A stretch of 64,000 nt of DNA from Trichoplax adhaerens. Taxonomy: Eukaryota; Animalia; Placozoa. The notes beneath the pieces were generated by a model. The model had not been told where the DNA came from and searched no databases. It was given only the letters and a program-made list of their open reading frames with translations. A program made the translations under genes and the position numbers. Location of the stretch: assembly GCF_000150275.1 (NCBI RefSeq), contig NW_002060944.1, forward strand, positions 3,786,123 through 3,850,122, written 5' to 3'. This document shows, in pieces, positions 41,743 through 52,950 of the stretch (the stretch's first letter is position 1; each line of letters begins with the position of its first letter).

Positions 41743-43268
41743 TCAATGATCCAATTCAAGTTATTATTAGGATTAAAAGTGATTTCGACTGAAGATTGAT
41801 TCTCAAGGTGAAAAGATGCAAGTCCTGTTCTCACAAGAAAAGCATGAAATGTCTTGCTGGCACGATAGGAAAAATTAATAACGTAGACAAACTCTGGCAT
41901 TCTCAAATTCCTTATTTTATATTGATATTTATAAATTCGCACAGTAGGGGTGGGGAGAAATTAAACATAATAATTAGTAAGAATGATTAATAAATTATTT
42001 AAAATTAAACACAAGACTACTGCCTGGCAGTAATGAACTTGCAATTATTAAAATTAGTAATCCACTTCGAATTCCAGTGTAAACTAAGCTTGAAGGAAAT
42101 CACCAGTTTCATATAAACGTAATGACAAACTTGCTAAAACTACGTTAAAGAATAATAGTAAGGACGGAATTACTGCCTTAACCAAGCAATCCACCAAGAA
42201 AATATCATTTACTTAATAAAATAGGCCTTCTAAGCTGCTCTTAATTACAGATACCTTGATAGTCTTATCATACTCTAGACAAATTTAGCTTGTCATAGTT
42301 AGTAGCTTATGACACATACAGTCTTCGTTATTTTCTATAATCATTTAGTATGTGTTACGATATAGCTTTAGAAGGATAGTTTTGCTTTATGTGCACCAGG
42401 AGTTTTTGACGAGACTATTAAAGGCTGATGCCTAAAGACCATTTTTAGTGAGTTAATTAGTCGGTTATTCGACTGGTTTGTCAATTGCTATTGAATTGTC
42501 AAGAGTATAATCTTGGCTGTCAAGATTTCTTCAGCAATAAATAGTAGTAAATCTTTGACTACCTCGTCTACATCATCAGTGACGTTATAATTATACTAAT
42601 AGTATTCGGTTGTTGGAACTGAATTATGAAGGTGTTATAACCCTCGCTTGTGGTGAAGATTTTGTAAAGAAACTCTCGTGAAAGTATTTACAACTCGTTC
42701 TACATCCCCAGTATTTTCAGTCAATTTGAGTGATATATGAGAACTCGTTCTCTCGGCTGTACTCCACAGATGACTGATAAACTATTACATTTTTCTTCAC
42801 TTTACGACTCCTGAACGCTTCTTAAGCAATTACTACTTTTATTTTACAACCACATACGCTTAAAGAGATTTCTACGGTAAACGCCAGTGTTAACTGGCGT
42901 GGATATATATTTTATAAGTTACATTAGTAGATTTATTCAATTACTAAATAGATACCAGTAGGTAGATATTCTGGAAGTTGAGGTGTTGAAATACTCTTTC
43001 TCCGTCCATAATTCCATATACGGCTCGATTATAATATTACTGCCTTTCACACCTTTTAGTAAATAGTAAATTAACTTGCAACAGTTCTATATCACGATTC
43101 TGCTACTAAACAATTTACTAGTACAAGCCTAGCAAAATTAAACATGATTTTATCTAGATTATTCTCAAGTATCGATAGTTAATTACCCGGTACTGCAGTA
43201 CTGTTAACAGAAGGTTATTGCATAAATGATTATTCTTCAATGACTGTTCTTTAGTAATTGTCACGAGA

Positions 43269-43750
43269 CTATAGTAGTGGAGAACGATCATCGCCATTAT
43301 GATAGGAAGTTCTGTCAAATTGTGCTGAGTCGGTGAAATAATGTAAAGTTTCCTCTAATCTTTCATGAAATTCAATTTGTAAATTTACATTCATGTCATC
43401 AGTCCATTCTAGATATTCGATTTCATCCAGTAGATAAGAAAAATTTTGAGGACGATTCACAGAAATTGCTATGATTGCTCTCTCATCGATAATACACTTA
43501 TTGATAATACTACGCAAATAATGATTGAAATTGTGACTATCGGATCGAGTGACATTGTCGTCCATAAGTATTAATATTATCAAGTTAAAGTATTGAATCT
43601 TTTCATAATAGACTTCTAGTTCGTATGTCTTTCCATTAATATTATTGATTTCCCACGTCCGACCGTCGAATGAGATATCCTGTAAGGAATTATCGACTAA
43701 CTCGGTGACTGGACTTGGAATCGGGCCGTGACATGCAATTAGAATATTTT
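43269..43750 (-). CDS. Gene D last exon: TIR/SEFIR-like domain
   Basis: NILIACHG...YEKIQYFNLIILILMD...AIIAISVNRPQNFSYLLDEIEYLEWTDD...QIEFHERLEETL...DDRSPLL*. Confidence 0.8.
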
Positions 43751-46700
43751 CTAAAATATCAGAAAAAGAAAATTAAATCATTAATAGTTTCATTGAAAGC
43801 GATTAATACCGCTACTCTTCTATTTCAAGATTAATTATATTTTAATATTAAGTAATCTAATATTCTAAGGCTACATACATTAATCATTGATTAAATACTC
43901 ACGACGACTAGGAGTAACTTGACGGACTAATTCTTTCTTTCTTCTTACGATAGTTATTCTATAAACCGATCTGCTAATGACTGCTAGAAACACAATAGCA
44001 GCGGTAAATAAGCCAAGCAGAGCAATAGGTAAATTACTTGGTTTGTCGACTATCGTAGCATTCATAGTTTGAAAAATAGAAAAAATTAATCGAGATTAAG
44101 ATATTCTCACGAATGAAGATGGCAATAAACGACTACAATAATTATCCTACTATCAAATAAATAATTTTATATTATAGTAGATTTGGGTAAAGACTGAAAA
44201 TTACTCATTGAATAAGATTTTATAAATTTTGAATGTGCTCATGAAAATATATACGGCTATCGATGATGATTATTCGTTTTATTCGTAAATGCTATCGTTG
44301 GAGTATGCAGCACAGTGCTCAGATTGAAGGTGAGAATCAATGATTTATCCACGATTAATATTGTAAATTAGCTAAGAGAAATGATATCACACAATGATCA
44401 CTACTCATTAAATTCACGTTAAGAGATACTACTTCCTAAAGCAGTACTTTCGTCAAGAAATGATACAGCATACCGCAATAGCTTAGGATTATATATTTGT
44501 ACTGTATACGGCTAGCTACGGGTATACGCTCATGAATATAAAATAGCAAATTTTATTTTGTTGAATGTTCTTGCCATGTATCGTACTCTACTTCAGTTTC
44601 ATCGATTGCAAAATTAATTTATCTGAAGCCTGTTAATGAAAAGATCATACGATCCTTAATATCGACTATTGATCATATTCTCGTCAAGGAACTTTATATT
44701 TCTTTTAGAGTAAAACAGAATCAGAAACTAGAACTGAGGATGAATTATTTTGGGGTAATTACCCTATGCGTACTAAATTTGTTAAGCAAATGATATAATG
44801 ATTAATGATTACTTATCAGATTCTCATCGTGAAACTATCAGTGTATTAAGTAGAGCCATTTATTTCTTCAGAGTACGAAGTAATCAGATAGTAGGTAAAA
44901 TGCGTATAAAGGCACTTGTGGATTCGTGAAAGATAATATTTGCAGTAAAATGTTATCGCGAAGTTAATATTCTCCGTTGCAGGGAAACGATAAGAATTAC
45001 TGTATAGTTCAAGTAGATGATTCATTTTCTAATTTACTGAAAATAGGTTAAGGACATTCATAAATACAAATAGGATTGTTGTTAGGAACTATAAGGATAT
45101 TTAAAGAAGAATAGTAACTGCAATAAAGGTGGGATATAATCTGTCAAATTTCCTGAATAGAATTTTTCCATACTACCAGATACAGTAATTTATTTATTCA
45201 GAGTGCAAGACAATCAGTAATTTATTTATTCAGAGTGTAAGGCCATCAGATAATGGCTGTGTATAAAGTTATCCGTAGATTCATAGAAGATAATATTTAC
45301 TGTAAGTGTTATCGTACACTTAATCTGATCTGCTGTGGAGAATGATAATAATTGCGGTGTAATCTAAACGCATGATCTAATCTCCAAGTTAGTAAAATTT
45401 AGTCAAGGGCATTTGTAAATACGAATATGCTACTTTGCATCACTACGATAAAAAATAAGCAGTTGGATTGTTCACTAACGAAGGATCGATCGATCGAGAG
45501 AATTTACGACAGAATAATGTTACATCTCGCTATCTTCATTATAAATATCGTTTTATACTGGTTACAATCTTAAATTCAAAAATCTGCAATAGCCTTTGTG
45601 AATAAATCATATTTGAAAATTAATCCTTAACGTATGACGATGTATTTCAAATCCAGTTTAAAAATCTTACAACTAAGTGTTAAAAGTATAATTTCTTACA
45701 TTAATTAATATGCAAATCTAGCAGTCTAATTTATAATGGATTAACTCCTATATTCAGTTGATGAATATCACTTAAAAGCCGATTCTATTTTAACTTACAA
45801 GCTTTATCAGTCTAATTTATGCTGGATTAACCCGTTGCATTCGGTTGATTATCATTTAAAAGCTGTAACGAAACTTAGTATTGTGATTATAGACTTTTAG
45901 ACATGTTAGTAAGATGTACGGAAGCGTAACTTTCTATTTATCTTAAGACGTATTTGGTAGCTCGCTACTATAGACTTTAATGGTAGATAATCGCGGCTCT
46001 GACTACCACGAAATGAGTATAAGCTGGCAACTTTAGACTGCTCAGTTCGTTCTTCCTAGAATTCCTTCAATAGTTGTATTCGGCTAGAGTAGAGCCTTGT
46101 GTAGCTAGTCTTTGTATTAGATCTAATAAAGTTCTAATTTTCTACAACTTTGGAATTTTCATGATTGGATTTTATCACGAAAGCTTATTGTATTCTAACT
46201 TGAAAATTCTAGTCGACACAATTGATGCTGGATTAAACTTTAATAGTCGATTGAGTATCTCTTTAAAGCCGATTTTATTTTAATTTGCAAATGTAGTCAG
46301 TATAATTTGAGCTGGATTAAACCGTTGCAGTCGGTCGATTATCGCATAAAAGCCGATTCTATTTTATATTGCAAAAGCAGTCTAGTATAATTTGAACTGG
46401 ATTAAACCGTTATAGGTGGGTGATTATTGCCTGAAAATCGAATCTAGTGTAACTTGTTAAGCTAGCATGTACAATTTGGGATAGATTACATTGCTAAATT
46501 TAAGATGAATGTTACTTAAATACTGATCTTATCTAGCTTCTAAATCGAATAAATCTAAATTATGATCGATTAACCGCTTCATTCAACATATAGATTACTA
46601 GATGAAGATAATATTTACGTAGCTTGAATCAATCGTATGTACAGTATACTGGATTAACTAATATACTCAAGATGAATATTACTTGACACAGAGAATATTT

Positions 46701-48811
46701 AATTCGCAAACCCTATCAATCTTATCTGAGCTGAATTTGCCAATAAATTCAATCATTATAATATCCAATTTGGCGGCCAGAGTAAAATGACTAATACGAA
46801 TCGAAATTGTACTGCTATAACATAATATCAGAAATTAGAAGAAATCTTACCTTGAGGTGGTGCAACATTCCAGGTCGACTTGGATCGTATAAATCCGCAG
46901 AGATTTTTAGATGCACATGAAAAATTTCCAGTCTGTTCAGGTTGAGTTCGATCAAGGATTAGAGTACTACGAATAGTTTGATTGATAGTCTCAATAGTAG
47001 TATAATTTGATTTGGGTATAAAGTTTTCGATTCTGCCATGATAAGATCTTATCCAAGTGATTGTCGGTCTTGGGTTTCCACTCGCTATACATTGAAGTCC
47101 TACTTTTGGAGAGTTATCTTGCAGTGAGCTATTAACTATACCATTATTAACACATTCTAAATTCAATATAGAAATTAGAAAAAAAATGCTAGGATTAAAC
47201 TAAGGCTACCATAAGTATAAATCATTGATAAACTTTAACATTTTATTTTACAATAGCTGATAATGCAACAGATATTCAACGGTATTGGTCGGAGCTAGTA
47301 ACAAATTAATAGTACGTTTCTAGTTTTGAAATTGAACAATCATTCTTAATATTACCTCGAGCTTCTAAATCGACAAATGATTGACTTGACAATATACATC
47401 CACAGTTGTGACCAGCAAATAAAAAACTGTAATTGCCTAAATCGTTGCTAGTTAGATTTTTAAGTACCAAAGTAAAGTCATAAATACAGCAGTCATCTCT
47501 CCTAGGACAGTCTTTTCGAGTAATGACTACACTGTTATCATTATCTGCAACAACATTATTTCGAAGAAAGCAGCATTCAGCGTTAGCCACGCAGTCACCA
47601 ATCCTGCAACCTGCTGTATTAAATTTCACTCTAAATGTAAGATTGTATGGAAAATTAAAATATCCAAATTGTTGAGACTTCGAGGGTAATACTTGGCACG
47701 GGCTATCTTCAACTTAATCAGTCATAAAAAAGGAAAACAAAAATAACTCTACGTTAATAAGTCTAAGTCAATTTCTTGCCATAAAAAAGCTTTAAAATGA
47801 TAATCATTAATTATTATAGAGTGTAAAATAATACAATTGATCAATTCGACGCTGAAACTATTTTAAACTAAGAATAAAATAACAATTAAACGATTAATTA
47901 ATTAATTATCGACATGAGCCAGATCGATTAACTCATTACATGATTTAACACTATGGTAATAATTATTTAATTACTTAACAAACAACCACAGTATTTGATA
48001 AAACTGCCGTATAATCGGTGTTTAGAGCAGAGTTCATTTAGACTAGAACTGAATTATTAGCTAAAGAATTGATATCCAAGGAGAAATGACAGAAATAAAA
48101 ATAGTTTATCGTTTTCTACGACTAAAATATTATAGATAAATCAACGTAGAATCAACTCTAAACTATCTCAAAGGTGTCAGCTGACGAGCTGATCTCGCTA
48201 TACGAGAATAAATCAGGATGAATTGTTTCATAATTTATCGTGCCGTAAAATTGTATAATCGATCGTTTAATAATAAGAACTTGATATAAGTGATAAAATA
48301 GATGAAAATCTAGGAGAAGTAAGCAATTGCATTTCGATCTGGATAGTTGAAATATTCTTGAAAGAGATGATATTAAAATTAAACTAGATAAAACATGAAT
48401 TAAATTTATGATACTTACCAACAAAAGGAAAGTCTGGCATCTTACAACGTGCTAAAAAAGTTAAATTATAAAAGCTTTCAGTTATTTTCTACCGAAATAT
48501 AGGATGCTAGATACCGTCTATTAAAAGTCCTCACAATGAAGTAAAAACTAAAAAGATTGAAAACTATGGATATGTGATCAAATGTAATCTGAAATTCAAA
48601 GGTGAGTAATGAAGGAGCAAATAGAACTATGACATAATTGTAGATGTCCTTAACATCAAGTCTGGATAAAAAATTGATATTGTAGCAGTCCTGTCTTTAA
48701 TAACCTACGCGGTAAACTATTTTCTTTCTTCAGAGAAAAGTCATCACTCCCAACACAATAAAGAGCTAAATTGAAAAGTAAAATCCATGAAATGATCGAA
48801 TTTTCCGCCAT
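43269..48811 (-). CDS. Gene D: SP-Ig(V-like)-Ig(I)-TM-TIR/SEFIR-like receptor, ~475 aa
   Basis: Exons 48811-48709 (MAENSIISWILLFNLALYCVG), 48451-48419, 47712-47356, 47156-46851, 44049-43903, 43750-43269. All phase 1, GT-AG, 1428 nt open frame. Confidence 0.85.
45700..46560. repeat. ~84-bp intronic minisatellite in gene D (Ig2-TM intron)
   Basis: aaagccgattctattttaac...ggattaa...tcggttgattat units at 45776, 45859, 46265 and 46349. Confidence 0.8.
45864..46179 (+). mobile_element. Shortened, diverged solo LTR of family X
   Basis: TGTAAC...ATCACG termini, TSD AAAGC (45859-45863, 46180-46184); homology to X at both ends; absent from the paralogous gene E intron. Confidence 0.8.
46851..47156 (-). 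CDS. Gene D I-set Ig exon
   Basis: LQCIASGNPRPTITW...STLILDRTQPEQTGNFSCASKN. Confidence 0.88.
47356..47712 (-). CDS. Gene D Cys-rich V-like Ig exon
   Basis: CQVLPSKSQQFGYFNFPYNLTF...FTLVLKNLTSNDLGNYSFLFAGHNCGC. Confidence 0.85.
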
Positions 48812-50735
48812 CTAATGATTTATTTTTGGGTGATTGGGTAAATATCCAAAGTAGCTTTCCTAGAAATCTGATTTATGAATGCGATGAGATAATAATCGAA
48901 TTTTTATATATTACAGTATAGGATGGCTCGCCTAGTCTAAGGCTATAGAAAAAAGACTCAGTAGGGAAAATTAAGTAAACATACGTGGGGAGCAGAAATA
49001 TATACGAGCAATATCAATCTTGTTTTAATAAAAGCGTCTCACAAGAACTATCTTAGTCGAATTATATTTTCTAAAAGGCTTTTATTACAAGATTTTAGGA
49101 ATAGTAGAGCAATAATTAATGACAAGAATCTTGTCTAAAATCTAAAAGTATTACAAAAACCTAGTCTAAAATCTAAAGTATTCCGAGCTCAAAGTGAAGT
49201 GAAGTCTCTTCTCCTCTGTGAGCTCATCCCTGTAGTTCTTATAAATATTTCGTTAAATCCATTTATGACAACTTGATTAATCTAAAATCAGATATGAGTC
49301 ATCAAACAAAATACTTTTCTCTAATAGTACATTATTATTTTCTACAATCTAAATCATTCTACTTAAGATGTTATTACTCTTCCATGAACGTCTAGGCCCT
49401 TTCTTCGAAGGGCATCTTAACAACTACAGTGTTTCTAGCTACATAAATCTTATACCATAATTAGTCAACTGGCTACTATTAGTAATCAACAATTTCTAAT
49501 ATAGTAGTTAGCAATCATCTAATATTAGCTTCACGGTAATATCTATTCAAAGCAACCTAATTATATCAAATATAGCTATCCGTAGAATCAAATATGGGTG
49601 CACCACAACACTTGTATATAAAAGTCTACTAGATGATATCATGCTATTTAGAAGAAGACGAAACCCAGAGATATTCTAGTAGGAATTAGAAAGTTTATTT
49701 GTAGATAGTTGATTTCATCAATCAATCATGTCGTATAAAACTTATATAAATAAGAATCTGTTTAATCGTTTATTACTCATCTTAAGCAAAACCAAACTAT
49801 AAAGTGTAACCGAAGGCTATAGACCATCCTAAGTATAGAAAAGGGAACAAACCCGCTTACATGTATCACACTAAAAACAACTTCTTTCTTTCTTTTTATT
49901 ATATTATCTATTGAATTTCTCAATTTATTATTGATTTCAGGTATTATAAAATCTAATCACAGACAAGTAAAGTAGAAGATACTGGAGTGCACAGGATAGT
50001 CTTGCATTTGACTATTTTATTAGACTACTTTATTTATTAAGTATCAAAACTGAAATGACAATAATATTAATTTAAAATGGCTAGCCTATATTGATTAATA
50101 AATAGATTCTGTTATTCTTACTAAAAATATTCTGTTAATCTAAAAATTTTAACGAAGTTGCAAAATTTCCTCCGACAGTTTCGTCTGTTATACATACCAG
50201 TGTGTACTTATGTATTTCAAAAAGAATCTCAGTTACCTTTGTAGTTAAATAGTGACTTTTCAGTTAACAAAAAATCTCCTTTGACTCGATTAGTTACTGG
50301 ATTAGGGCCCAAATGATAATTTAATGGAATTTCCTCACTGTTATTTTTTGGCAGTAACTTAACATGAAGTCAAAACAAGATAAAACGAAAATAACATAGA
50401 CGATTTTATTGCATTATGATATAAAAATTTGACTAAAATAATTCGAGCATAATTCTAAGATTACCTAATCTAATCAATTCGATTGCATCAAATTATACAA
50501 TCATCAATACGTGCAGTAAGAATTTGATACGTATGAAATTTAATGCCAATCTTGCAAAGCAAGTATTTTATCACCATACCCGTTAAACTATTGCTATATT
50601 AAATACAGTCGGTATAATTTCTATCAACACTAGCTTAATTAACAATAATAATAATTAAACTAGCTTTAAGTATCTAGATTTACGTTCTAATATAGACAGA
50701 ATGCATCTTATGCTATCTAAAAGACTGTAGCACGC

Positions 50736-51168
50736 TGTCACAAACCAGCTTCGTGACAAGGATAACGTAAAATAAATCTCTAAATTACTATAGTCTCCGA
50801 GATTCAGTATCCCTACTCACAAGAATTTAGAAGCCTTTGATTCTACGTTAAACTCAACTAGACAATTGAGAACTACTTTATTCAACTATCTGGCGAGCTT
50901 ATATACCCTTCTACAGCAGCTAATATTCATGAGTCATCTTATAAAAATACTTAGGTGAGAATATCTACTAACTAATTTTTCACAGTCGGACTATAATATG
51001 TCCATTCACAGAATCATTTCAGTACACATTACAGCACAGCATTAAATTTACTGTAACACATTTACAATTAGAGTAATTTCTATTTTAAGTAACCAGTTGT
51101 AATATATTATCACTATATATTAACCAAATTTAGATAGCTATTTCTTCACGGTAGTTCGTGCCGTGACA
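50736..51168. mobile_element. Solo LTR-like element, family Z
   Basis: TGTCAC...GTGACA inverted termini, TSD CACGC/CACTC; the paralogous region near 60900 lacks it. Confidence 0.8.
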
Positions 51169-51169
51169 C

Positions 51170-51370
51170 ACTCTCATTATCATCCTTACTATTAACATTT
51201 TTATGACGGTCATTGATATCGTTGTTGTTAGTGCTAGGAGACATTAGAAACATATATAGGGTTGGCGCTACTACAATAACTTATGTATCATTGCTCGAAT
51301 GTGAATTGAAATGATACCCTATATCTGTGCGTAGATATTCGAAAGTTTCTGCTTTATCCTCTTCACTTAT
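51170..51370 (-). pseudogene. 3' relic of an F/A-type TIR exon and its 3' UTR
   Basis: Encodes EEDKAETFEYLRTDIGYHFNSHSSNDT*, homologous to the gene F end DENKVETLEHLYTDMQYHLNSYSSYDA* (shared gggttggcgctactac downstream). Confidence 0.75.
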
Positions 51371-52420
51371 GATACTTCAATTATGTTATACGACAATATA
51401 AATCGAAATATCATATGCGCAAAATGTGATATTTTCGTAAGTGTTGTAATATATTGACTGTAAAAATCGTGAATAGCCTATCCACTTTAATTTATTGACA
51501 AATTGATTTTAAAATAATAATATCCTCAGCAAAATATTGTATACTCGCTTAAAGGTGCCAAAGTCATGCGTATGAAAATTTAATACAACGCGTACTTGAG
51601 TTGTTGCTTTATTTTCGCTGCTGATTTACGATCTCATGTTGTATAATGTAATCAAACAAGATTATAGCCATATGAGACTGGTCTACAATTCTAAAATTAT
51701 CATTAGGAGTAGGCAGTGTATTAGTATAACTACTCTCCCAAATGTTCTGATACAAAATTTCTTACAATATAGTTTTGCTAATGCGTCACAAAACTTATTA
51801 CCTTGAAGTTAAGATGTACGACAAGAAAGCATGATCTCTTATAGTTTATATTGCTGTCACGGTAATAACTACTTTAAAGAATCAGATAACTGAATTTAGC
51901 CAATTCAATATTTCTACAGGTTGATTATAATAAATTATTTGCAATAGGAATCTGTAGTTGTAATTTGTTGCAGTAAATTATGTGTCGTAATATACGAGTA
52001 GGTAAGAATTCTTACGTAGAAATTACCATTAATTGATTTTAGAACTGCTAGTTGTGACTGCAATCCTGATGATAACCGTTTATGATTATAGTTTATGCTG
52101 TAAGTAATTCTGTAAATAAACATTCTGCAGTCCAATTATCTAGAATTAGTCAATAGATATCCATAGTTCGATATATTAATCTATTGATTTGGTTGCCAAA
52201 TATGATTAGAATAGTACAATGATTCATCTAAATTAACTGTTGCCATAGAGTAATTAATACTAACTAGATTACGGAGACCTTAGAAATTTAGAGATTGACG
52301 TTAATGTAACCTTTGTTACCAAGTTGTTTGATGATAATTACATATTAGTATTGTCTAAATTTTATAACTCTTAACCTTATGAAAGTTGTTACACAGTAAT
52401 TGTGCCATTATGACTTCTTT

Positions 52421-52950
52421 TTAATAATGATGGTCACGGGACTGTAGCAGTGGAGATTCATCATCATCATCTCCAAGAAAATAAACAGATTCGCCATCAT
52501 CATAAGCAGTTCTGTCGAATTGTGCTGAGTCGGTGAAATAATGTAAAGTTTCCTCTAATCTTTCATGAAATTCAATTTGTAAATTTACATTCATGTCATC
52601 AGTCCATTCTAGATATTCGATTTCATCCAGTAGATAAGAAAAATTTTGAGGACGATTCACAGAAATTGCTATGATTGCTCTCTCATCGATAATACACTTA
52701 TTGATAATACTACGCAAATAATGATTGAAATTGTGACTATCGGATCGAGTGACATTGTCGTCCATAAGTATTAATATTATCAAGTTAAAGTATTGAATCT
52801 TTTCATAATAGACTTCTAGTTCGTATGTCTTTCCATTAATATTATTGATTTCCCACATCCGACCGTCGAATGAGATATCCTGTAAGGAATTATCGACTAA
52901 CTCGGTGACTGGACTTGGAATCGGGCCGTGACATGCAATTAGAATATTTT
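52421..52950 (-). CDS. Gene E last exon: TIR/SEFIR-like domain
   Basis: Nearly identical to the gene D TIR exon; tail AYDDGESVYFLGDDDDESPLLQSRDHHY*. Confidence 0.8.
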
